Positions 29,658 to 42,687 of a DNA stretch of 64,000 nucleotides are shown here, one piece after another; the stretch's first letter is position 1; each line of letters begins with the position of its first letter. Source of the stretch: Chiloscyllium plagiosum (lineage: Eukaryota). The notes under the pieces were generated by a model. That model saw only the letters and a program-made list of their open reading frames with translations. It did no database searches and had not been told where the DNA came from. Made by a program: the position numbers and the translations under genes. The stretch covers positions 3,297,084 through 3,361,083 of the forward strand of contig NC_057742.1 in assembly GCF_004010195.1 (NCBI RefSeq), given 5' to 3'.

Positions 29658-30174
29658 TTTGTTCTGATGTCTCTTTGTCTCCTTTCTCTTCACACATGCT
29701 GTCTTCGTAGCACGGCGCTTTCCCGGAGCAAATGGTTTCGCTCTCCAAATATTCACCATGTAATTTTTGAAGCGCTGCTGGTAGGGTTTCGCCGCCATGA
29801 GTCGCCGGTGTTTCTGCTTTCAATGAATCGTGACCGCTGGAAGGCATTCCGGGTCCGGACACAGTCCTGGGGGTCGGGTCTAACCAGGACCGCATGTACC
29901 TGCTATCAGGCTGAATGGGGTGAGACTGGACATACGGATGGTACAAAGTGGAAACATTCGCAGAAGGCTGGCCGTACACGGGGGCCCAAGAGGTGCCGAA
30001 CACGGGAGATTTCGGCTGAAAATTACAAGCAGGAAATTCGGGATGTTCGGGGACTCGCGGCTGTCTGGAGACTAAATATTGCCCAGAAACAAACTTTGTT
30101 GCAGGCGATCCCTCGCTTTCATGACTTATAAGTGAATCGACAAAGTAGTTGCCAATTGCACCAGAGATCGACAT
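29658..30174 (-). CDS. hoxb9: Hoxb9 exon 1
   Basis: Begins MSISGAIGNYFVDSLISHESE and includes the Hox9 N-terminal motifs FPACNFQPKSPVF and SRYMRSWLDP. Donor A|GTAAGT. Exons of 517+242 nt give 252 aa. Confidence 0.95.
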
Positions 30175-30284
30175 TGTCAAACATCATACACTCCGATTCA
30201 TTGAGAAATTATATGTAAGACTAGAAATTGTTCTCTCAACTTCTCAACTAACAAAGTAGAGTTAGCTAATATGTTGTGGGCTAT

Positions 30285-30390
30285 CTGCGAAACGATTGGT
30301 TAAAGTTTTCATGAGGCCGACAAAGCGACAATAAAACGTAAATCAATCCGCAATGGGGGTTAAACAATTAGCATCGCCCCCTCCCCCAAT
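30285..30390 (-). promoter_or_regulatory. Hoxb9 proximal promoter
   Basis: Contains a CCAAT box, a TTGATTTACG Pbx/Hox-type site, a TTTTATTG Cdx site and a G-rich box upstream of the ATG. Confidence 0.55.
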
Positions 30391-33300
30391 ATTAAATACT
30401 TTTAGAGGTAAAAAGGGGATTGAACAATGAACAGCACCACAGATAGATTCGTATGGTGCAACTATTCCTCACAATATAAAACCTGGTTAACTTTAATGGA
30501 CATATTTTGAAGGAACTATTTTGTTTCCTAATTAATCTTACGTCGTGTGACAAATTCTCACACCAGTTCTCATCATCGCTAGCTTTCTTATTGCTGTTAA
30601 TATCTTAAACCTGCAACATATCAAATGTTAAATGCAATTAACGCAGCAGATAATTATTGCGATATTTGCGGTTGATGTGTACTGTTGAGTTTGGCGGTTT
30701 GGATCGTACAGATTGGAGTTAGCAATATTAGCCCGAGGTTCTGGTGCAATTGAAGGAAATATGTGTGCGTATGATGGGTGACAACTTTAGACCTTATAGA
30801 GCAGAGATTGCAGTGAAAATGCACGGAAACGTGAGAAGACGAACCGTTAATTTCCCTTCAAATTTTAATTCAGCCCCAAGTCTGCAGTTGAGGAGAATTA
30901 GAACAAATTGGATTTGAAATAGTTTCTCGTTCCGGTACCTGCATTTCCAGCTAACAAAGTATTTTTTGTTCCCATTGTGATGTTTTAAAGCTCACAGTTA
31001 TATGAAAGCCACTGTTACGTATTATTCTGCATTTTTTTGTGCTGTGTGACTTCAAATTGCTCTCAAGTCGACTTTGGAACAAAGGAAAACGGAAAGCCAA
31101 CCCTCAAAACAATATTGAACTATGGTGAACAAGTGAATAATTATTGTGCATTCAAATACATTGTTACAGCTTAATTTTAAATGTAAGCTACGTTTTCTCT
31201 TGTTATCTTTTCTGTTAGTTCTGGGAGATACTCTTCCCATGAGAAAAAGAGCGAAGAAAGATTTTGTATCATGAAGCTAGGGGAAATTGTGAATGAAAGT
31301 TCTAAAACCACGTTCGACCAGTGAAATGCGTACATTCCAGTAAAATTCGGTGGGCAATGAAAGATTTACATGGGTAGAAAACTATTCGGCTTTTAAATTA
31401 CAAATCACTTTAAAAGAAATGTAACTTATTAGTGAAAACTAACATTACTTTGCATTTAACACACTAATTTAGAGGTCGATTAGAAGCATTGATTTTATTT
31501 GATTCCGCTGATGCAAAGAATTACGTTGGAAGAGATTTGAGTATTAGTGAAGGACGAACGATGGCGAAGGCAATGAAGGAAATTACAGTGGGGGGACAAT
31601 TTATATAAAATTTTAAATTCTAATTTTGTCAATGGTTTATATTATAAAATTCACGACTCAAAATATATTGCTCAGATCAGGAAAAAAATAATTAAAAATG
31701 AAAAATAAATTATTTAGACTCGGAAATAATTCGTCGAATATTTGAGTTTTAACTTTGAACGTTTATGCTGGTAGGCAGGTGATATCGGCAAGGCTGCTCA
31801 TTTACAAGTGTAGCTTCCATTGAGATAGTAGTAATGAGTACTGAGAAATAAGGCGAACTAACGGCTGAGATGAACATCTGAATGTTCGTTAATGATATTA
31901 TTGGAGACCCACTATATCCTGAATACCAAAAGAATCCTCCATAGTAAAAAGTAAATACATGCAAGCACTTTGCTAAGTTATAAGATACGGTGACGCGAAT
32001 ATTTTTGAGAATATGCAAGTAATAGATAAGATCAATGAAACGTTTCACCGATGTACTAAAATTGGTTGTTAGCATCATGCCATAAATATCTCACAAGATT
32101 CACAAAATTATTTTGCATTTTGATTCTTTTTGCTCTTTGTGGCAATGCATTTGATTAAAAATAATCCCCTCATCCACTCGCCTGCACTTTGTTGATAATA
32201 TATATTTTGCCGCCATGATGAATTCGAAAGTTTAGATGAAATACTTGGGAGAAATTAATTTAACGCTCTTCTACACTTCAAGGCAGCGCATTTTAAAACA
32301 AGTTCTTAAACCGGTAGGATGCTGAAAGGAACGTCTCCATTTAACATCAATGAATAATGTCTAGTCTAAATAATCAAAAAGGACAATTGTTTCAGAGGAA
32401 GGCATCCCTTTAAAAGGACAGCTAGACTTGGAGAGGCCGTCTGAACATTGGTATCAAATGGATGTTTCAGTCATGAATAAAAGGGAATATATTAGCGATT
32501 GTTGTTACCAGAGCTAAATATGCAAGTTTTGACCTTTAATTTAGATTCCCTAAAATTACATGGTGGACATTTGTATGCAATAAAAGAAAATAGACTTCCA
32601 CAATGCCACAATGTATATCTTCTAAACCGCTTTATGTGTGTGAACAATACAAATAATTCGTTATTTATTGCGCGAAATAAATTGACTTATCTGTTTACTC
32701 AAAATAAACCGAGTTATACGATTTTACTTGTGTGATTTTTCTCAAGCTGAAGCAGTCGCTCTGCGAGTATATTGCTGTTCAAATCCTAAAATATACATCA
32801 AACACACTCCCTATCTTTTGGTTGAGTACTTTGAATTGACAACTTGACACTAGCACTGTCGTTGTCCTTCCCAGTTGGAAGTTAAAGCTGGGATATGCAG
32901 TGTTTCCCCCTTTGCATCTAAAACTTATCTTAAATGCACAAAAAGCAGTAGAAACAATTTGCTTAATAGCATTAAAAATCACTATCAATTAAAGTATGCA
33001 CTCACGTTTTTTCGCAACTAAGGAGTTTTCAGTATTATTGAGTGAATGGGCAGTTTTCAATTGTGTCAATACAGGAAAACAGACGCAAAAGGCACCTTCG
33101 CCAACGACTGGGAACTGCGTTTCAACAGTAATATATCACACGATAAACGATCATTTATGATATTTCTCGGATCTGTGCTTTAACGAGGGTTTTAATAATA
33201 TGTTTAAATGCTTTTATTGGGGAAATCGTCGGTCTTCCTTGTAAATTTCGAGCTTATATAATATACCTCCTGAAGTTTACAAAAAATCCGATCTGCGCCA

Positions 33301-34895
33301 AGCAAAATTGGCCAGTGTCTCCAAACACAGCAAGTTGCATTATGGATAGGAAAAGATCCATCGTTCGTGGTAGCTGCAGGCCATTTGGCGGCAACCGACA
33401 TTTAGATTCTAAAAAGAGGTTTAACTTAAGCCTAAAGCTTAAGAAAGCAATCCATTTTGCTCTTGTCTCAGCACGCTGCGCAATCCAATTAAGCTTCAGT
33501 CATTTCAACGCAGTTATAACTTCAACATTAGTAAGTTTGTTTGTTGCACTCTCACGTTTGGTTCAATTCATAATCCAGTGGAAAAACGCAGATAGACAAG
33601 AAAACAAAGTACCGTCACAACAAGTGTTATACTAAAGATGGTGAATAAATGGCAATCAGCTGAAGTTTATGGTGGAATTTGCTCCGACACCTAATTGCTG
33701 TTAAAAGGTAAATACAGTACATAGTTTCCATTTTTCCTGAGCTGAGATTATATTCCAAAAGTCACTCGGGAGGCTAAATGACGCCGTTATATGTTTTCCT
33801 GCATGTATTTTAAACAGTAGCTGATACTTAATTCGCAGGTTCCAAGCTGACAACAAAATAGAACGAATTGAAGAATATCTATGGAAAGTCACTCAATTGA
33901 TACTTCGATATGTAAACGAACAAAATAAAAATCCATTAGGGCAGCACTAATGCTTCCTCGTCAACTGGCAATAATCTCATTGGAAGCTTGTCTAATGTCT
34001 TTCTACAATTGGATGCCTCCAGTTTAAAAGCCTATGAGTTATATTCAGATGTATCTTATTAGAGTAATATTGATCCAGACTAATTTATTTAATCTACAGC
34101 AATATTGTGATAGACTGAACAATCATTGTTAATGATTAAGTGATAACGACATTATCATTTATGACTGGGCACATTGCGCTATATAAAACAAAAACAAAAC
34201 ACAACGCAACTACTGCACATTATAAGCCTTGATAACATGACATTGGAGAATGAAGAGCGCTGTCAATTGTGATTGGAAGATATTTGGCGCCCTTCGACCA
34301 TAATCCGAGTGTATAAAAACTGTTCTACGTACTTAATATGCTACAGAAATAAATCTTGTATATCGTCAGACTTTCAGCTTTCTGGGGGTGCATTATCCCC
34401 TTGTCTGTCTTACAAGAAAACGTCTAATAATGTCGTTAATGGATAGAGACGGTGCAGATATTACTGGCGGATTGAAACCTGGGAATACAACTACCAGTTC
34501 ATTCCTCTGCGCTGTTGAGTTAGATATCTATTAATTTATTCAATGTTTAATCGAATAATCTATCTGTCTATGCAATTACTTCTGACGAATAGAAAATCGG
34601 ATCAAACTAGTGTTGCTTACAATTACAAGTCAATTCAAAATTGTGCATTTATCACTAGAAAATATACACAATTGTTTAAAACTTTATCATAATACATAAA
34701 TATTGTTATTTTAGAATATATCCATGTATCGGACAGATAGCCAATAGGATAGATAAGTATTTCTGTTAATCTGCAATATCGCTGTTTATAAGTTCGCAAT
34801 ATATAAAGTGGTTTGTCACAGGAACCATTCCTTCGGGCATCAGAACACCAGAGTTACTTCTTTTTAACTAAATTCCAAAAGTTTGCGATGACAAT

Positions 34896-34979
34896 AACTG
34901 GAGTAATTCAGGCAGTTTCTTGTCACTGCGATCAAACAGAAGCCCAACAACATGAAACTACCTAAGTCACACAGCAGTT
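34896..34979 (-). ncRNA. mir196a: mir-196 precursor (mature miR-196a-5p at 34943-34964)
   Basis: Exact reverse complement of UAGGUAGUUUCAUGUUGUUGGG, with a pairing 3p arm at 34908-34928 and a basal stem AACUG/CAGUU. It sits at the canonical position between Hox9 and Hox10. Confidence 0.97.
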
Positions 34980-37900
34980 CCATCTCACATGCGCCATAGA
35001 CTGGACCTAACGAGTGAAGTTCAATTCAAACACCAAAATAAAGATGACATTGTAAGGTATGTTTTACTAAGCATCATTCTTTAAATAATAACTAAATTAA
35101 TAAAATTGTCTCATTTTCTAAGAAAGGAGATGAAGGCGGGATATTTACAAATCTCAGTTACTGACGGCTCCAAACTGCATCTATTTTTTTTAGTTATTCC
35201 AAAAAGATGCATTGCACCACTTCGGACTCGCTGGACATACGAATAAACATATAATAAACAATCGGTCGCACTATACTGATAAAGGATCAACGCTTGCACT
35301 TTTTAACATCATCAACAGACCATTGTAGTGAGAAAGTTCAAGAAATTCAAATATTTAATTTTCTACCAAGTCAATTTGATTATAACCATCCTTAAAGGGG
35401 CTCTGGAAAAACACCAATGAAACGTGACAACAAGACCCTACCATTTTCAGCATGTTTTCCAAAGCCTTGAAAACAAATGTGGACAACAATTAACGATTTT
35501 CCACTCGCAGTTTGCCAAGCAAAGTGTGACCATTTTCCTGATCTTAAATCTGTGCTGTGTAGCATGCCGCTTGGAGACAATCTGCCTAAGTCCAACAAGT
35601 GCTACATGACAGCAAATTGCCAAACATATTTACAAGCCATAAAACTTCACAAAAGCGGACGTGGTCGTACATGGAGCATCATCAGTGCCCACAGTCAGTT
35701 ACAACCGTCTCGATGGTATTTAAATCACCGACACCGGATACCAAATAAATTTCAGACTGCAGGGTTTTCTTTAGGGATGGAAGCATCGGAATTCCCTGTC
35801 TTTTTTTCTCAACCATCAACTTGTCCATTTCAGGTCAATTTCACGGGTTCACAATCAGCCAACCAATGTCCGTGATATATTTGAGTCAGGCTTGATGAAA
35901 GAGCCACTAGTCAGCAAAGACTCACAACAAACCTTAACAGACTTTCAGACATTAAAAAAGAGTATTAAGAACTATAGAATGCACCAAACACATTTTTGCT
36001 TATTTTTAAATTTGAATTTTAATATTGATAAGGCTTAGGAAATAATGCAACCAATTTAAGACGTGCAATATACAGAACATGCTATTCAAACAAAACTTCG
36101 TTTACACCATGAAAGTAAAACATATCATTTAAACAGTTACTTGTGGATTTACATATGGTCCCCAAATATTAACATATTCTTTCATTTCCCTCTCATACAA
36201 GTAGGTACGGAATTCAGTGTGCACAGCAGTAGACAAGAGGTGATAAATGCGACGTTAATAGTCTTTGGTATAGCTTTACATTAATAAAAATAAATATTAC
36301 ATGTTATATGACATTACACATTTGTTATCTGAAATCGCTACCTAAAATCACATATGTCAAAGTAAATGAGAGGACAGATCACTGTACATTCTCATAATTT
36401 TGGTAGACATTTAAGAGACATCTTATTCTTAAGCACAATCCTATTTTAATTGTAGTATATAATGCCCATTAAGTGTATAGTTCACTGCAAAACGTATAAT
36501 GGATATTTGTCGTATGTTTGGATGTAGGCTTGAAATAATTCCTGCATATTCATATCACTCATGCTAGAGAAGTTCAAACAAACAACTGCTGATCCACACC
36601 AGAACACTGACTGACCAAGAACTCGTCTGTGTTTATATTTATCTCAGTCTGCAGTTGCACGTAAGTTGTAATTTTTATTGTGAGTTCTTATCAATTTATT
36701 AGTTCTCACATTCCATTCACATTTCGCTAGGAAGCTTCACATCACATCTCTAATGCAGAACAGCATGAGGAAATAAAACAACAAAATTAAATCTGCATAT
36801 TGTTAACTAGGTCAGTACCCAATACCTACCACCACCCATACTCTCCATGCAGATGGCTTTTACTCCAATGTGAATCAAGAAGCTTTGAGGTAATGTATGT
36901 ATAAATAGAAAAATATAGATCAGTAGCAGTTCTCGATGAAAAAGGAAAGTCACAACTAGTGGGAATCCATGTTAAAATGTTATTGTTCTAAGAAGAATAA
37001 ACTGGTCAACTAAAGTTTGGCCATTCCATGTTAATCAAAGAAACATTAAAGCTACAACAAAATCTGTGTTCTTATAACAATTGCATTTAGAAAATTAAAT
37101 TGAGGTGAATCTTAATGCTTGCATTTTTAATTTTAAGGTTTATTTTGATCAATTTGTATCCAATTAATGTTTTACATTTTCAGCAGCATTGCATTTAATA
37201 CAAATCTTCAGGCTTAGCTGTTATTTTAAGTCAAGTCGGCAGAAGAATATTTTAACTGTAAAATGATCAATTCACTCTCCAACCAATTTATTGTGTGAAA
37301 GTTTCAAGACGTTGCAATGTAAAGGATACTGAACTAATTCAAGCATCAATATTACAACCTCTATGAAATACACATGCAATTTTTCATAGTTTGCTTATTT
37401 CCATTTATATCAATTCAATCATGCTTTAGAGGTCATGAAGTGATAAGAAAAAAGAATGGTTTCATTTGGAACACTTGGAAGCATTTTAAATTAATTTTAT
37501 ATTTGACATTATAATGAGGAAACAGTCTACTGAAAGCATGTGACGTCTACAAAAGAATTGCACGTTTTTTTTACAATAACCAGCAATAACCTACCTAAAT
37601 AATTATTGTTCGGTGCTTAAAGACAAGAAAGATTCAGGATAGGATGACCAACAATGAGAGTACATGTTTATCATTATGTTCTCTCACAAATTGAGGAAAC
37701 AGTGTTATATTAAGCCAAAATATAATGGCATCTATCCAAATGCAAGGAAAAATTCACAATTTATCCTATGGTTTACCAAGTTTTTTTCTATAATTACCCA
37801 CTCTAATTGATTCAATATGTCTGCTTAGTTTGAGGCTGGTTTCTTGCTATAAGCTAACACTCTTGTACATGATGTATGCCAGCACAGATGGCGTACTATG

Positions 37901-38430
37901 GTAGGTGCCGATTTCACTGCTGTCTCCATAATAAGAGAAAGTGTCAGACATGAAAGAACTGCTCTTTTGAGCATAACATATATGTGTGGTATTAACTATA
38001 CGTCGATTAAACCCAAGAAAAAGGACAAGATGGAGAAAACAAGTTGGCTTTTATTGCCTTTTTGGAACATTCTTTGAGTTCTTTTCCTCACGATTAAGCG
38101 ATAGGATACTAAGTTATGTGATGGCTGTTAATGAGCTTCTGGCCAGCAAACTTAAATATTCAGTCTATGTTCTTTCGACAACTAAATCAGTACCTTTTGT
38201 TATGTTTAGTTAGTTTGAACTTGCAAGTCCTTCATCCGCCCATGTCCCTTCTGCTTTGCTAGCTCATTGTTGTTGTAGTGACTAGACATCTGAACTTGCA
38301 ACCTCTCACCACCACCCCCCAACCCAAGACCCACCCCCATCAATGCTGTTGTCGCGCTCGAACTGTTTTAACGAGACGTTTGATATCGTCCGCCATCTCG
38401 TATATTTTAATCTTAAAAACAGCTCTTTCG

Positions 38431-38702
38431 TCAAATCGGGAAAGTAGCCGATATTTCTCGAACTCTGTGCTCCCTGCTCATCTTTTTAAGTTTCATTCTT
38501 CGGTTTTGAAACCAAATTTTGACTTGTCTGTCGGTTAGATTCACACTCCGGCTGATCTCCAGGCGGCGCTCTCGAGTTAAGTACATGTTGAAGAGGAATT
38601 CCTTTTCAAGTTCCAGTGTCTGTTGCTTGGTGTATGGGCAGCGTTTCTTTCTTCCGCCCTTTGCAGACAGCCAGTTTATCGTATTCTCAGTCTTTGTACT
38701 CT
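38431..38702 (-). CDS. hoxb10: Hoxb10 exon 2 (homeodomain)
   Basis: Encodes [90 protein letters not shown], a paralog group 10 signature. Acceptor ttgacag|AG. Confidence 0.94.
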
Positions 38703-40815
38703 CTGTCAATCGGGAAAAACACATTGTCAAACGACCTATAGAGTAAAATAGATTCTGTTTTCCTCCCTTTCACCACCAATGACTCAGGAATTGCAAAAAG
38801 GTATCCCGACTGAGAAGGGGGAGGGTTAGGATTTTCGGCACATAGTCAGCTAGGGGAATATGAACACTCCATATTTTATCCTGCTTCGTATTAGCGTATG
38901 GTATAGAAGGGTGTTTCACGATGGAGCATTACCTGCTTGATTCAACTTTAGGCCTATATAACAGTTTCGGCAACTGTACTCAAAGGAATATCATGTACCT
39001 GGACAAATACCAGCGGGAGGGTCTAATTAGGTTCATTATAAGGCATTTTCACGAATGCACGTGGCACTAAAACTTGATTCCTAACAATACAGAGATGAAG
39101 GTAATAGAAGAAACTATTACGGACAATACATAATACATTACGGACAATCCCTTTGATATTACAAAAAGACACGATGGTGCCTAAAGCTTTATTTCAAAAA
39201 CAGCATTATGTTTAAAACACAGCTAATTTAGTTTGCAATGAAACACAACCTAAACTAAAATTCAAATTAATAATGGTAAAATTATGTTAAAAGTGTGAGT
39301 AACTGGTTTAAAGTAAGCATATTTATTTTCTACTGCATCCAGGAAAGTGCATGTAAACACTTGTTAACTTTCCAGAGACAATGTTTTATGCAACGACCTT
39401 GCTGAGTACAGTTTTAGAACACATTTGTTACATGCCACATAACGGTTAACCCCGGTATAAAAGCTTTTATTCTGACTTTATCTCCAAGGTTCTGGTTTAT
39501 GCAAGGAAGGGAAAACAGTTGTGAGCTGAGGACAATAAAATAGAACCATAGGTCCAACTGTTTTAAACAGGAAGTCATCAGGCATTTTATAAGGCTTCTC
39601 CACACTTCTCATTTTATTTTTTTTTCCCTGACAGTCTAGCATTCCTTTTGCTGGAGTGGATGCAAGCAAATGACACATTCTAATGCAATTCATCGTCTTA
39701 TTGTGAATGTAGGGATGCAATGCTCTATATTGATCTCTTTCTCCATAAGATTTTAGATTTTTAAATAGTTTCTCGTTATAAAAATAATATTATCTCTGAG
39801 GTGAACGCCTTTATAGTATTAGTCGAATTTAGTTGCTTCCACCAACGTTATTGCATCATCCTAAAATATCATGCACCAGAATACATCATTGACAAAAAAA
39901 AATCAATATATTCAACCTGTAGGCACAATACCACAGTCGCTCGACATCTTTACAGTCTATCGTGGCAAAATACAGGTATTTGACTTTCTCGGGCACTAAA
40001 ACATGTCGTTTCGTGAAATCCGACAGTTACAATAAAACTGTAGCATCTTCTTGTTCAGTGAGCCGAATAGCCTCCATCTGTGCTGCAAGTTTTCCATATC
40101 TCTAAAGTAACTCGATTGCAAGTGCAGTTATCCACTAACCATTTAAGATTACAGCATTGATGTAATTCCATTAATGCAAGTTACACCCTTATACAGTTCT
40201 TGATTTTATGGAAAAGGTCCAAAGTCATGGAATATAAATCAATATTACATATTCAGTCATTGTAAGCTTATCAGCATGCAGATATAACAACACTCACAAA
40301 GAAACTGCTGATATAGAGTTAAAATATTCGGCGTGTGTGGTGCAGGGGATAGTTCCTTACTGACCAAATTTCAACTGGCTGAGCTGAAACACGCGAAGAA
40401 TATCTGAGTATCACTACTCAACGACTCTGTAAATGGAACAAAAACAGAAAATGCTGTAAATAACTCTGCAGTTCTGGCGGCATCTGTGGAGAGGGGTACA
40501 GAGTTAACGTTTTCAGGTCGTGACATTTCAACAGAACGAACTGAAATGTTAACTGTTTCTGTCTCTCTCTACTGAGGCTGTCAGATCTGCCGTGCATTTC
40601 GCCATTTTCTGTTTTTCTCATGGATTTACTGTTTTGAAAATATTTTGCTTTTGGTCTCTATATAAATATGGACTGGCCACGTTTTTGTTTACAACTCTAG
40701 GCATTATTATACGGACACGATTTGCCATTAAGTTGTGTCGACACTATTTGCCAACATCCCAGTATTCAGCCGTATATTAGGAATGTTTCCCGCGTCTGTT
40801 TTGGTCATCCAAAAA

Positions 40816-41242
40816 CATTGCAGTTAGCATCAAACAACAATGGGATACACAAATGATGTATTGTTATGCAAATCTGGAACATGTTAAGCACACGGCTAAA
40901 CTTTGAATTTGAGGCCAAGTATTGTAAGGAGGCATAGTTTGTCCATTGTCCCTCTAGATTTCGAGGGACCATCTTAGACTTTGAATAACCTTAGAACTGG
41001 GAGAAATACACTATCAATTCCATTCTTGTCACATCTCTTAAATGTAAACTGCAAATATGAGCAACGATAGAAATTATTGATAACTCTCAGACTAAATTAG
41101 AAGCATGCACCGAAACCACAGATACAGTAATTTTGGATTGGCAAAGTTTACTTAAATAGACTTGGTTGGAGACTTTTATAATTAACAAAATTCCTATGTA
41201 GCTGTGAAATCTCTGCTAATTTATTCTGAACAATAGATAGAT
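40816..41242 (+). repeat. Long inverted repeat, left arm (Hoxb10 intron)
   Basis: Aligns to the reverse complement of 42262-42687 over ~427 bp. About 45 differences by manual count (just under 90% identity). Confidence 0.95.
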
Positions 41243-42261
41243 AAAGCATTTATGTGATATAGTTATGCAGTTGAAAAGATAGGTTGTGGTCAAATAAGTA
41301 AAATCAGGAATTTTATGTATAACGTTCTCCTTTCAGCTGCCTACCGAATGCATCAAAGATCCAAAACATGGGCACCTATGTAGTAAGCAGTCTGAAATCA
41401 CTCCAGATTTTTCCAATAGTTTGTATGAGATGTTACAATGTCAGTTTGTGTTTCTTATTATATGGGTGCAAATTGTAAACTCTACTACATTTTCGATTCA
41501 AATGTTATGTGTTATTTGGTTGTCGCCCCAAATCAGCATGGAAACATGCTGAATCCGTGGATTCGTATGAACTTAAATTACAGACAATTACACAACAAGT
41601 TTCAGGTGACCCTCACAGGGATATCTTGCAAGAAACACAATACTATATTACCTGAGGTTCAGTTCAAATAATAAAGTTCAAATTTGCACTACATTTTCAG
41701 GCATAGTGCTAATATTTGCTGATTAAAACAAGCCAGTACTATGCTGAAAAGTCGTATTTTACAACTAATGAGTGAACCCTACTCTTGAGTTTATGTTGCC
41801 ATTGTTATTATTATTTCATAACAAAATATATATTGCACATTGAAACGGTGTAGAAATTACTAATATCTAGGAATCACAATTAAGGAAGTCGCGTAACTTG
41901 TACTTTGTTAGCTACAAGTTCAATTTTAAAAATAATCAAAACCCCAATCTATTTTCAGGCCTCCATCTCAATTAGCTACTTTGTCACGTTATTGGGTTCT
42001 TTGTGTGAAGCTGACGTTACTTCAATGCAACAAAGATGGCGGAAGCATTGTTGTCGTAGTATGCAGTTTTTATCCTAACGCTTTTGACATCTATGGAAAA
42101 GGAAATTCTATGGAAGTCAAATAACCCCCAGAAATTGGAGAAATTAACTGATATGTAATGGAGAACAGACTACATGTAGTTAGAAAGTGAGAACTGCCAG
42201 ATAGATAGAACTAAATAAAATTTATAATCGACCTGATGGAATCTTTCTCACAGATCAGATA

Positions 42262-42687
42262 ATCTATCCATTGTTCAGAATAAATTAGCAGAGATTTCAC
42301 AGCTACAAAAGAATTTTATTAATTAAAGAAGTCCCAAACAAGTTTATATAAGTAAACTTTGCCAATCCAAAACCACCATATCTGATGTTTAGATGCATGT
42401 TTCTAATGTAGTCTCAGAGTTATCAATAATTGCTATGATTGCTCCTATTTACAATTCACATTTAAAAGATGTGAAAAGAATGGAATTGATAGTGTATTTG
42501 TCCTAGTTCTAAGGTTATTCAAACTCTGAGATGGTCCCTGGAAATCTAGAGGAACAATGGACAACTATGCCTCCTTTACAATACTTGACCTCAAATGCAA
42601 AGTTTAGCCGTGTGCTTAACATGCTCCAGATTTGCATAACAATACATCATTTGTGTATCGCATTGTTACTTGATGCTATCTGCAATG
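42262..42687 (-). repeat. Long inverted repeat, right arm (Hoxb10 intron)
   Basis: For example ttgttcagaataaattagcagagatttcacagctac is the reverse complement of gtagctgtgaaatctctgctaatttattctgaacaa in the left arm. Confidence 0.95.

Noticed and set aside
35832-35851. AGGTCA-n8-GGTTCA upstream of mir-196 as a retinoic acid response element
   Set aside because: The spacing is not the DR2/DR5 typical of Hox RAREs. I found no convincing DR5 in the window.
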